Of a stretch of 64,000 nucleotides of DNA, positions 47,960 to 57,453 are shown piece after piece. The stretch covers positions 96,001-160,000 of the forward strand of contig CBDCYI010000009.1 in assembly GCA_965224085.1 (NCBI GenBank). Direction: 5' to 3'. This DNA is from Candidatus Marinacidobacterales bacterium. Lineage in GTDB: Bacteria > Acidobacteriota > Vicinamibacteria > Marinacidobacterales > SMYC01. Position 1 is the stretch's first letter. Every line of letters begins with the position of its first letter. Made by a program: the position numbers and the translations under genes. The notes under the pieces are model-generated. The model was not told the DNA's origin. It did no database searches and saw nothing but the letters and a program-made list of their open reading frames with translations.

Positions 47960-50052
47960 GCGTCGTTCTCCGGTATCCTTTGCATGACGATGTGTCCGCC
48001 GCGGCTAACGCGCGCGTCGAAGCCTGCGGGAACGAAGGTGGAGGTCTCGTCCTCGGCGATCACCGCGGGTCCGGAGAGCTCCATCCCCGGCACGAGATCG
48101 GGCCGCCAATAGAGGGGCACACTGACCGTGCGATCCGTTTCAGCGTCGTAGACGTTGCGCGCCGATGCCGGTTCCCTGATCGCGATTGGCTCGGCATGGC
48201 TCGGTTTCTCGGCCGGCCTTGGCACCGTCGAGATCGTGAGCGCCCAGGTCAACACCTCTACCTCGGCATTGGGAAGAACGCGCTTGTAGAGCGAGAGGTA
48301 CTCCTCGTCGAAGGCCGCCTGCAGCGTGGCCCTGTCGCTCGCGTCCAGGGGGCGGTTCGGCAAAGTCACCACGATCTCGTGGCCCTGCCCCCGATAGCGC
48401 ATGTAGGCTTGGCGCTGCTCGACAAGGTCGGCACCTGGAGCCCCGGCCTCGACGATCCCGAGCGCCTCCTGGCTCATCTCACTCATGACACGGTTGACTG
48501 GCTCCGGATGGAAAGCGGCGAGGCTCATGTGCATGCTGCGCACGACTTCGTAGGACACGGGCGCGCGCAAGAACCCGATCGCGGAGCCGACACCGGCGTT
48601 GGTTGGAATCACGATCCGGGAGACACCGAGCTTTTCGGCAAGGTGGCCCACGTGCAACGGCGCCGCGCCCCCGAAGGCGATGAGCGTGTGCTCCGCTGTA
48701 TCTTCGCCCTGCTCCACCGCGTGCACGCGGGCGGCATTGGACATGGTCTCGTCGACGATTTCCGTGATGCCGAACGCGGCCATCTCCGCCGTCAGGCCGA
48801 GAGGCTCGCCGATATCTGTCTCCAGGGCCCGACGGGCAAGACCTGTTTGCAACGTGAGATTGCCGCCGGCGAAGCGATCCGGATCGATTTTGCCCAGCAC
48901 GATGTCCGCATCCGTGATGGTCGGATGGACACCGCCGCGATCATAGGCAGCCGGCCCCGGATCCGCTCCCGCGCTGTCCGGCCCGACCGTGATTCGCTTC
49001 ATGGAATCGACGCGCGCGTTGGAGCCCCCGCCGGCACCGATTTCGACCATTTCGATCACGGGGATACGAAGCGGCAGGCCGCTGCCCTTCAGGAAGCGGG
49101 CCTGACGATCCACCTCGAACTCACGGGCCTTCCCCGGCTCGAAATTCTCGATCAGGCAGATCTTCGCGGTGGTCCCGCCCATATCGAAGGAAATCACCTT
49201 ATCCAGTCCCAGCTCCATAGCGATTTCCCGGGCGAGAATCGCTCCCCCGGCCGGTCCCGATTCGGCCAGCCGGATGGGTTGACGCTTCGCCGTGTCGAGC
49301 GTCGTCAGGCCGCCGCCCGAGGTCATCAGCAGCACCGGGCAGGACAACTCGAGTTCCGCGAGTCGGTGTGCCAGCCGTGACAGATAGCTCGCCATCAACG
49401 GTCGTACATAGGCGTTGACCGTCGCCGTGGTCAGACGCTCATATTCACGAACCTCAGGGCAAACGTCACTCGACAAGGTGATCGAGACCTCCGGAAAGGC
49501 CTCGGCCAAGATCTCGCCCGTGCGTTGCTCGTGCGTCGGATTGGCGTAGGCATGGAGGAAACCAATCACGATGCTCTCGGCACCGCCGTCGCGTAGCCGA
49601 GGGATGAGGCGGCGAACCGCATCCTCGTCCAGCTCCCGCACGACGTTGCCCCTTCGGTCGACACGCTCGGCAACGGTGAAGCGACGCATGCGGGGCACGA
49701 GGGGCACTGCCTTTTGGAGCATGACGTCGTATTGGTCGTAACGGCTTTCGTATCCGATCTCGAGCACGTCGCGGAAGCCGTCGGTCGTGACGAGGGCGGT
49801 AACGGCCCCTTTGCGCTCGATCACCGCATTCGTGGCCAGCGTCGTGCCGTGGAGCAGGAGCGCAACGGTCTCGGCCGCGACCCCCGATCTGGCCAACACA
49901 TCTGCCACACCGGCGATCACCCCTTCTTCCGGTCCCGAAGGCGTGGTCAGTACCTTCGACGTCGTACGGTTGTTGGCGGATTCGAGAACAACGTCGGTGA
50001 ACGTGCCGCCGATGTCGACGGCAAGCCGAGCACCGGTGCTGTCATTCGGCAT
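47956..50052 (-). CDS. Hydantoinase A/oxoprolinase family protein
   Basis: DIGGTFTD, HGTTLATNA, ESGPAGG, DMGGTT, GAGGGS, FGGAAPLH. Confidence 0.92.
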   Translation of the reverse strand: MPNDSTGARLAVDIGGTFTDVVLESANNRTTSKVLTTPSGPEEGVIAGVADVLARSGVAAETVALLLHGTTLATNAVIERKGAVTALVTTDGFRDVLEIGYESRYDQYDVMLQKAVPLVPRMRRFTVAERVDRRGNVVRELDEDAVRRLIPRLRDGGAESIVIGFLHAYANPTHEQRTGEILAEAFPEVSITLSSDVCPEVREYERLTTATVNAYVRPLMASYLSRLAHRLAELELSCPVLLMTSGGGLTTLDTAKRQPIRLAESGPAGGAILAREIAMELGLDKVISFDMGGTTAKICLIENFEPGKAREFEVDRQARFLKGSGLPLRIPVIEMVEIGAGGGSNARVDSMKRITVGPDSAGADPGPAAYDRGGVHPTITDADIVLGKIDPDRFAGGNLTLQTGLARRALETDIGEPLGLTAEMAAFGITEIVDETMSNAARVHAVEQGEDTAEHTLIAFGGAAPLHVGHLAEKLGVSRIVIPTNAGVGSAIGFLRAPVSYEVVRSMHMSLAAFHPEPVNRVMSEMSQEALGIVEAGAPGADLVEQRQAYMRYRGQGHEIVVTLPNRPLDASDRATLQAAFDEEYLSLYKRVLPNAEVEVLTWALTISTVPRPAEKPSHAEPIAIREPASARNVYDAETDRTVSVPLYWRPDLVPGMELSGPAVIAEDETSTFVPAGFDARVSRGGHIVMQRIPENDA

Positions 50053-50122
50053 GCAAAAGCTCCTGTGGATTCATGCTGCTTGGGCTCGCGCCTCCCCGAC
50101 CGACCGTCGCCGTGTTGTCCCC

Positions 50123-51430
50123 TTAGTCTCCTCTTCCGAGCGTTACCCTGTCCGGGAGAAACATGACCACCTCCGGGAACAGGGCAAGCAGCATGGTGAA
50201 GATGGCCATGATGATGAAGAAGGGTAACGCGGCGCGGGCTATGGCTCCAATGCGCTCGCCGGTGAGCGTCTGTATCACGAACAAGTTGAAGCCGACGGGT
50301 GGCGTGATCTGCGCCATCTCGACTACCAGGACCAGAAACACCCCGAACCAGATCTTGTCGTATCCTGCCGCGAGGATCAGTGGCAGCGTGATGGGTAGCG
50401 TCATGACGATAGCGGACATCCCCTCGAGCACACAGCCGAGGATCATGTAGAAGACGAGCAGCAGCAGCACCAGCGCGAAGGCAGAGAGCTCGAGGGCCGC
50501 GATCTGCTCCGCCACCGCCCGAGGCACGCCCAGAAAGGCCATCGCCTGGGACAGGAAGACCGCGGCCGCCACGATGAGCCCTACCATGGAGATCGTTCGC
50601 ACGGCGCTCATGGAGGCATCGCGAAGGTTCTCCCAGGTGAGCGAGCGTTGGAACGCGCTCACGACGACGGAGCCGAACACACCGACCGCGGCTGCCTCGG
50701 TGGGGCTCGCGAGACCGCCGTACATGGAGCCGAGGACGAGCAGAACGAGGAACGCGACGGGACCCAGATCGAAGACACTATGGACTCTCTCCTCCCAGGA
50801 GACAATCGTGCGTTCGTGGGGCGTAAGCCCCGGCCAGATAACTGCCCGTGCGGCGATGTAGCCCATGTAGCTCAGGGCGAGCAACAGGCCGGGCACCACA
50901 CCCGCGATGAAGAGCTTGAGTACCGACGTCTCGGACAGCACACCGTAGATGATCATGATCACGCTGGGGGGGATTAGGAACCCGAGCGTCCCCGCGCCCG
51001 CCAGCGAACCCATGGCGACCGTCCGGTCGTAGCCGCGGGACGAGAGCTCGAAGAGCGTGATGCGCCCGACCGTCGCGGCGGTGGCCGCTGAGGAGCCGGA
51101 GATCGCGGCGAACATCGTGCAGCCGAGCACGTTCACGTGCATGAGGCGTCCAGGAAGGTTTGCCACCCAGGGAGCAAGCCCGTTGAACAACGATGCCGAC
51201 AGCCGTGTGCGAAAAAGGATCTCGGCCATGAGGATGAAAAGCGGCAACGCTATCAGCGATTCGCTCGTGACCGTGTTCCAGATGCTGATCGAGAGCTGGC
51301 GCTCGATCGGCATATCGCGGAAAATTTCGAGACCTCCGATGCCCACCGAGAACAGACCGAGCGAGACCCAAACCCCCGCGCCGAGCAGGACGATCAGGAG
51401 AGTGATGAGGGTGGCGATGGTCGCAGTCAT
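50123..51430 (-). CDS. dctM: TRAP transporter large permease
   Basis: PLFILM, SGSSAAT, GTLGFLIPPS, PTEAAAVG, ITPPVGFNLFV. Confidence 0.92.
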   Translation of the reverse strand: MTATIATLITLLIVLLGAGVWVSLGLFSVGIGGLEIFRDMPIERQLSISIWNTVTSESLIALPLFILMAEILFRTRLSASLFNGLAPWVANLPGRLMHVNVLGCTMFAAISGSSAATAATVGRITLFELSSRGYDRTVAMGSLAGAGTLGFLIPPSVIMIIYGVLSETSVLKLFIAGVVPGLLLALSYMGYIAARAVIWPGLTPHERTIVSWEERVHSVFDLGPVAFLVLLVLGSMYGGLASPTEAAAVGVFGSVVVSAFQRSLTWENLRDASMSAVRTISMVGLIVAAAVFLSQAMAFLGVPRAVAEQIAALELSAFALVLLLLVFYMILGCVLEGMSAIVMTLPITLPLILAAGYDKIWFGVFLVLVVEMAQITPPVGFNLFVIQTLTGERIGAIARAALPFFIIMAIFTMLLALFPEVVMFLPDRVTLGRGD

Positions 51431-51433
51431 TAG

Positions 51434-52066
51434 TCCGCTAATAAACCCGCCGCCTCTGGCGGCGTGACCCGAAGAGCATCGAGCGATCCGGCGTGTGCTA
51501 GGTTCCCCCTCCGGGAAGACCCTGTGGGGCCTCCGAAAGGAGAACCTGCATGCACGAATGGAAAAGCCTGTCGCAAGTGCGATGGGAATGCAAGTACCAC
51601 GTGGTGATCATCCCCAAGTATCGTAGAAGGGTGTTATATGGGGACCTTCGGCGTCGCGTGGGGCGAATTCTTCGAGAGCTTTGTGAGCAGAGAGGAGTAG
51701 AACTGATAGAAGGCAACGCGCAACCGGACCACATCCACCTGTGTATGAGCATCCCTCCCAAGTACAGCGTATCTCACACGATCGGTTTTCTGAAAGGGAA
51801 GAGTGCGGTACGCATCCACCGAGAATTGCTGAAAGAACGTCGTATGACGGGCTTGCATTTTTGGGCGAAGGGGTACTGTGTGAGTACGGTTGGCCTTGAC
51901 GAGGAGCGAATAAGAAAGTACATCCGGGAGCAAGAAAAGCTTGAGTCTCGCCAAGGTGATCTCGACCTGAGTTAACGAGAGACGGCCCCAACGGGGCCTT
52001 CCCAACGTCATCGGCCCCCTCGGGGGGGCCTTCCTAAACCCACGCCCTATGGGCGTGGTCGGTTAG
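51434..52066 (+). mobile_element. IS200/IS605-family element, tnpA only
   Basis: Subterminal hairpins CGCCGCC-TCT-GGCGGCG (51448-51464) and CCACGCCC-TAT-GGGCGTGG (52040-52058), both preceded by TAAAC; TTAGTC at both boundaries (51430-51435, 52063-52068), so exact ends are uncertain by about 2 nt. Confidence 0.9.
51550..51975 (+). CDS. tnpA: IS200-type HUH (Y1) transposase
   Basis: CKYHVVIIPKYRR, DHIH (HUH), SIPPKYSVS, FWAKGYCVSTVG, KYIREQE. Confidence 0.95.
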   Translation: MHEWKSLSQVRWECKYHVVIIPKYRRRVLYGDLRRRVGRILRELCEQRGVELIEGNAQPDHIHLCMSIPPKYSVSHTIGFLKGKSAVRIHRELLKERRMTGLHFWAKGYCVSTVGLDEERIRKYIREQEKLESRQGDLDLS

Positions 52067-52590
52067 TCGGTTCCGATATCCGTGCTTCCCGGCTGGACGT
52101 CCGGGGGCTCGTCGCGCACGAGGCGAACGAAACGCGCCACCATCTGCAGGAAGAAGAGAACCGCCCCCAGCGCGAGGACCCCTTGCGGAATAATCAAGGG
52201 CGTCTCGGTCGGGGTGAACGAGACGATGTCGCGCTTGTAAGAGTTATAGGTCATGTCACAGATTGCATAGGCGATGTAGAGGGTCACCACGATCCCGACC
52301 ACGGTGGAGAACAAGTCGAGGGCACGGCTGACGGTGGGAGGCACGGCTTCGGACAGCAACGTGACGCGGACGTGCCCGCCGGTACGCAGGCCGTAGCCGG
52401 CGCTGAGGAAGAAGGCGGCTCCCATAAGGTAGCTGCTGAATTCCCAGCTGAAGGTGAGGCTCTTGGAAAACACGGACCGGGCCACCACCTCGCCCAGCAT
52501 GAGCACGGTCATCGCGACGAGGCATACGGCCCCGATGGCAGCCGCGCCGGCCGACAGCCGGTCAATCCACCGCAAGCAGTCCGATATCAT
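52063..52590 (-). CDS. dctQ: TRAP transporter small permease
   Basis: EVVARSVF....WS.EFSSYL...FFL...Y.LR.GGHVRV; 4 TM segments. Confidence 0.88.
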   Translation of the reverse strand: MISDCLRWIDRLSAGAAAIGAVCLVAMTVLMLGEVVARSVFSKSLTFSWEFSSYLMGAAFFLSAGYGLRTGGHVRVTLLSEAVPPTVSRALDLFSTVVGIVVTLYIAYAICDMTYNSYKRDIVSFTPTETPLIIPQGVLALGAVLFFLQMVARFVRLVRDEPPDVQPGSTDIGTD

Positions 52591-52671
52591 GGCACTCCCA
52601 ACGTCGTAGTCCGAGGGCGACGGACGCATCGTGCGCCCTTCGCCGATCGTGCAGGAAGGGAACCCGACGGC

Positions 52672-53673
52672 CTATTTGCCGACCATCTTTCGGTACGCCC
52701 GGATCACGTCCTTCCCCTCGGGCGCGCCCTGGATGAATTCGGCCCACATCTCCTCTGCAACAGCCACGAGCTCAGCCCTGAGCTCCGGGCTGGGCCTTGT
52801 GACCTCCACGCCGTTTCTGGCGAGCGTGGCGAGTTTGGCCTTGTCCTCATCGATCGCGGCCTCCCAGAACTGAGCCTCCAGCTGACGCGCAAGCAGTTCA
52901 ATGGCGCGTTGCTGCTCGGGCTCGAGCCGATTCCAGGCGTCCAGATTCACGTTGACCATGTTCGAGGACGACTGCCAGTGGAACTGGTTGCAGTGATTCA
53001 GGAATTCCCAAAACTTGCCGTCCACGCCCGAGGAGCTGGATGTCGTGACGCCGTTGATGACGCCCGAGGCGAGCGATGGGACCAACTCTCCCCAGGGAAG
53101 CTGCGTGGGGCTCGCCCCGAGCTTTGCGAAGAACACCGTGCCGCTTTTGTCCACGGTGCGAATCTTCAACCCCATGAGGTCCTTCACCCCGTTGATCTTC
53201 CGCTTCGAGTACACGTTTTGGCCGGGCCACGGGACTATGTAGAGAATCTTCTGATTGTGCTCGCGGGCAATCTCCTCGTAGACAGGCCGCGAGAAGGTTT
53301 GCAGGGCTCGGAGCTCGACGAAGCCGGAAGCGAGATAGGGCACAGATTCGATGCCCAGGAAGGGCTCTTCACCGACCTGCTGGTTGAGCAGGATGTCCCC
53401 GATGGGGACCAGACCGTCCCGCACGGCGCCGAGCATCTCCGGGCCCTTGTAGCCCAGGGCGGCGCCGGGATGCACGGTGATCTGCACCTCGCCCTGGGTC
53501 ACCTCTTTGACCTTGTCCGCGAAGATATGGGCGTTCTCGACGTGGAAATTGCCGAGCGGCCACGCGAGCGGAAAATCCCACTTCTCTCCCCCCAGGACAT
53601 GCGTCGGCAGCACGACCATCGTCGACAGGCCGGCGGCCGCGACACAGTTACGTAGTCTGCTTCGATGAACCAT
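52672..53673 (-). CDS. dctP: TRAP transporter substrate-binding protein
   Basis: N.H....F...V...T.G...I.VH.G..LG, GLKIR, PWGEL..SLASGV. Confidence 0.9.
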   Translation of the reverse strand: MVHRSRLRNCVAAAGLSTMVVLPTHVLGGEKWDFPLAWPLGNFHVENAHIFADKVKEVTQGEVQITVHPGAALGYKGPEMLGAVRDGLVPIGDILLNQQVGEEPFLGIESVPYLASGFVELRALQTFSRPVYEEIAREHNQKILYIVPWPGQNVYSKRKINGVKDLMGLKIRTVDKSGTVFFAKLGASPTQLPWGELVPSLASGVINGVTTSSSSGVDGKFWEFLNHCNQFHWQSSSNMVNVNLDAWNRLEPEQQRAIELLARQLEAQFWEAAIDEDKAKLATLARNGVEVTRPSPELRAELVAVAEEMWAEFIQGAPEGKDVIRAYRKMVGK

Positions 53674-53729
53674 GCCCCTTCCGTCAGCCGGTCCAGCTCC
53701 GCGAGAGCGTCGGCGCCACGGGGCGAGCT

Positions 53730-54746
53730 CTAACTGCCCGCATGTTCTCGGCGCGCCGGTTTAGTCGCATCGGGTAGACGGCGGCGCTCCCAAACGTGAG
53801 GATTCACCAGGAATTCGGGTCTTCGCCCCTCCACGACATCCGTGATCATGTCAACAAGCTGGAGAGCGGTGCGCGCCAACGACTCCATGGTGGAACCGCC
53901 AGCATGGGGTGCCAGGACGACATTGTCCAGTCGGAGCAAAGGATGGTTCGCGGCCATGGGCTCGTTTTCGAATACGTCAAGCCCCGCCCCAAGGATACGC
54001 CGCTCCCTCAAAACCTCGATCAGCGCCCCTTCGTCGACGCAGGCACCGCGGCTTGTATTGATGAGGATTGCGTCCGTCTTCATGGCGGCAAGCTCCTCCG
54101 CTCCGATCAGATGGCGGGTCTCCGGCCTCAGCACTGTGTGTAGCGATACCACATCGGCCTCTGACACTACTTGTCTCAACGTTGCCGCCTTGCCAACACC
54201 CATCCTGGCAAGCTCCTCCTCTTTGGCGGAGCGAGAATAGGCAATGACCTGCATCCCGAAGGCCGCCTGACACATCGCCGCGGTGCGCCGACCGATTCGC
54301 CCGAAGCCAATAATGCCGAGCGTCTTTTTCCACAACTCGTGCTGGGGCAGTTCAAAACGCAGCTTGAAGTTGCTTTTGCGCACCGCCGCATCGAAGGCTG
54401 GCACCTGCCGATAGACAGCCAACATCAGCGCGATGGCATGCTCGGCCACCGGCTGGACGTTGGTGTGCGGAGTGAAAACGATCGGCAGGCCGACCTCGTT
54501 GGCGTACTCCACGTCAACGGGATCCACCCCGATGCCATGGTTGCCGAAAACCAGCAAGTTCTCGGCCGCCTCCATCGCTTTGCGACTGAGCCCTGCGTCA
54601 CGGCTAATGCAGGCTATGGCACCCCCGATCTCCCTGGCTACCGTATCCATGTCCGGAGCCGACGCCATGCGTGGCTCGATCCCGAATTCCTCGAGCTTCC
54701 TGAGGCCAGTCTCATGGATCGGCTGGACTACCAGGCAGTGGTCCAT
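53730..54746 (-). CDS. D-isomer-specific 2-hydroxyacid dehydrogenase
   Basis: HGIGVD, VAEH, GIIGFGRIG, INTSRG, LDVF..EP, PHAGG. Confidence 0.9.
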   Translation of the reverse strand: MDHCLVVQPIHETGLRKLEEFGIEPRMASAPDMDTVAREIGGAIACISRDAGLSRKAMEAAENLLVFGNHGIGVDPVDVEYANEVGLPIVFTPHTNVQPVAEHAIALMLAVYRQVPAFDAAVRKSNFKLRFELPQHELWKKTLGIIGFGRIGRRTAAMCQAAFGMQVIAYSRSAKEEELARMGVGKAATLRQVVSEADVVSLHTVLRPETRHLIGAEELAAMKTDAILINTSRGACVDEGALIEVLRERRILGAGLDVFENEPMAANHPLLRLDNVVLAPHAGGSTMESLARTALQLVDMITDVVEGRRPEFLVNPHVWERRRLPDATKPARREHAGS

Positions 54747-54774
54747 CCGTTGCCCCCTAGTACCGTTCCAACTT

Positions 54775-54962
54775 GATGGCCAGTGTCACGAGGGCCTCGT
54801 AGATGTGGCCGTATCGGGGAAACGCGGACCCGACGAGGATATGATCGCTCGTCCAAAGCGAGGTGTAACCCTGCTCCTCGGCAACGCGGCCACCTCCAGC
54901 AAGTGATCGCGGCTCGGTGCCGCACCGTAAGGGAAATTTGGCAGGGTGACGCCGAACTGCAC
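54775..54962 (-). pseudogene. 5' fragment of an LLM-class (luciferase-like) flavin oxidoreductase
   Basis: MQFGVTLPNF...(frameshift) VAEEQGYTSLWTSDHI...EALVTLA; RBS GGAGG. Confidence 0.7.
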
Positions 54963-55195
54963 GAATCACCTCCAGCCTTCAGCGAGCGACTCCATCGTCA
55001 CGAACTCCCTTATAAGGTCAGCGCCAACACGTTGTCAAATGTTCTTGACCGTACGGTAGAATGATTTACGGAGATACCGCCTCATCGGCTGCGGCTGCGC
55101 GTCTCATTTCCATGCGGCAAAGGAGTGTACTTTTTTACGCACAGGAGGTGCTTCCGTAATTAAGTGTTGGCGGCCTTCGCCTAACCCGCGTGCGT

Positions 55196-55376
55196 GGTAG
55201 AGTTTGACCCCAATTTCTGAAGACGCAGTTCTCTCGTCGACAAGGCCCATGCGAAGTGAAGAAGCTGACCTGTCTCAACCCCAAGTGCCCGCTGCACCGT
55301 AAAGTCGGTTCTGGAAGCATCATCCGCTATGGTTTCTACCGAACGAGGTCTGGGAAACGTCGCCGCTACCGGTGTG
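55196..55376 (+). pseudogene. IS1-like element left end with InsA-type zinc-finger fragment
   Basis: GGTAG... terminus, then C-LNPK-C...IIRYG.Y...G.RRRYR-C, truncated. Confidence 0.55.
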
Positions 55377-55589
55377 TCCGGTGCGGCGCCTGACGCTCAG
55401 GGAGGTCTTCGTGTGGGCGCGGACATCCGTATCAATATTAATAGAGTACGACGCGATGGCGTTTGCCGGCACAACACGTAGGCCGGCAACTGACACGAGC
55501 ATTCCCCGAAAGCGGCGTGATTGCAGCACTTTAAAGTCGATCGCCAAAGCAAAGCCCGTCCGAGGTCGACGCGCCTGGACAGGATTCTT

Positions 55590-56150
55590 AGATCCTTTTA
55601 TAGTGCTCAAACTGCTCATCGATAACAGGGTACATCGTCTACCGTGTCAGTGGAACACTTTGTGCCGTGGTCTTCGATCTCGAGAGGCTCGAGGTGACGA
55701 CCGACCCCGTGCCGATTCTCGAGGGGGTCGTGACCAACGGCACGGGCGCCGCGGATTTCGACATCGCGCAAGACGGCTCCCTTGTTTACGTCGAGAGCTC
55801 TGACGCCAGCGCCACCGAGCTCGTCTGGGTGGATCGCCAAGGGAACGAGGAGCCACTTCCCGCTCCGCCTCGCGTCTACGAACATCTGCAGCTCTCACCC
55901 GATGGGAGCGGTCTCGCCCGCGGCGTTCGCGACCAGGAGAACGACATCTGGCTCTGGGATGACCCGGTTGACCTTCGATCCGGGGACCGACCAATATCCG
56001 ACCTGGACGCCGGATGGGCTTCGAGTCGCGTACGCCTCCGGCGAGCCATTCAATGTGTTCTCGAAAGCGGCCGATGGCACGGGTGGCGCCGAACGACTCA
56101 CCGAGAGTGCGAACGTTCAATATCCGCAGGCCTTCTCGCCCGACGAGTCT
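55590..56150 (+). pseudogene. TolB-like beta-propeller fragment (kinase C-terminal type)
   Basis: FDLERLEV...PVP.LEGV, GSLVY, LVWVDRQG, LSPDG, RLTFDPG.D..P.WTPDG. Confidence 0.75.
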
Positions 56151-56549
56151 CGCCGGTTACCGGCACCGCCAAGGCCCACGAGAACATCACCAACGTGGCA
56201 AATAGGAATTCGCAAATGCATGGATTCTCTCCGTGGTTTAAGCGAGCACGATCGCTCCCGCCTCGGCAAGCGCCGGCCGATGTCAATCGATCCGACGGTG
56301 TGTATACTCACTGACGACGCCGTCCCTGGGCACGGAGCGGTAAATGTAGGTCGTGCGGTCGAGTTTCACGATCTCCTCCACACCGCCGTGGTCAATCATA
56401 TAGGGCTCGATCGAAAGAAGGTCCGTGTAAACGAACTTGTTATCTTCGATTTTGTAGCTGCCACCGCTGGCCCAGAAACGGGGCTGGTTCTCCTCGCCCC
56501 AGATCTTGCGGTAATTCGTGCTCGTTTGCGTGTCCTTGGGAAGCCGGGC

Positions 56550-56926
56550 TCGAGACCGCTCGGCGGGTGGAGAAACAGAAAGGCCGCGAGAGGCCCCGCG
56601 TCCTCGCCGCCGATGTGCTTCGCCAGGGGGTCGTTGTGGTTCTCTCGGCAGAGCACGATCCAGCTATCCACGCCCGCCGCCTCCATGGCCTGCGGTAGCA
56701 GGAGGCGGATGCGCTCTTCGCGAATCTCGGGCCAAGGATTGTCCTGTTGCAGGTCCGCGGCGAGCTGCTCGATGCGGCCGGTCGGCGACGGTCGGTCATG
56801 GACGGGTGGTTCGGCGCAGCCGGGATCGAGCATCATCGTTGCCGCCAGCGCCAGGCCGGCGCCCGGAGAACACGCGAAAGCGGTCGAGCAAGGAGAGTTC
56901 GGACGAGGCAGCAGATCCATGAGCAC
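56550..56926 (-). pseudogene. N-terminal fragment of an M24 (Xaa-Pro aminopeptidase-like) protein
   Basis: W..IR.ERI..LLP.AM...GVD.W...CREN.NDPLA.H.GGE. Confidence 0.65.
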
Positions 56927-57189
56927 CCTTATCGTCTCTCTCGCGACTCTGCTATGCTCGGCGCTTAGTGAGCACCGAAACGTAAGGAGGTCGCCAGATG
57001 AAACCTTGGCTCGTGAAGGCCTGCCTTCCTTTTATCACTTTCTTCATTCTGGTGACAGCTCTTCTGTCTTGTCAAGAGGCCGCGTGCGGCAAGCTGTTCG
57101 AGCGTCGAGAGGACGGCTCGGTGCGGTTGTTCGATGGTCGGGTCGTACCGCTACTGCCGCCCCTGCTCGGCGTGCGCGCACAGTACGAG

Positions 57190-57363
57190 CTCAGGCTCGA
57201 GACGGACTCGGTGCTTCGGCCAGGCGCCTACCGCTCCATTGAGTTCAGCGCGCGAACGGCCGTACCAGCGTGGAGCGGAGAAACCGTTCTCATACCGATG
57301 GAGGACGACGCCTACCTCACCGAGAACGGCTACGTCTACTTCAGGCCTCATCAGACGAAATGG
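57190..57363 (+). pseudogene. C-terminal fragment of an M24-like protein
   Basis: LRPG.Y.SIEF......P.W.G..V...MEDDA.LT..G......Q. Confidence 0.55.
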
Positions 57364-57453
57364 TCTGATCCGGTAGAGAGCTGGGGGTGTCCGCCTACGT
57401 CGAGATGAGAAGGGATGGGACGTCCTTCGCGAAAACCGTCCTCGGAGGATCGC

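Noticed and set aside
51976-52062. tnpB/omegaRNA or REP array after tnpA
   Set aside because: No tnpB ORF; the short GC hairpins fit an ordinary IS200 right end
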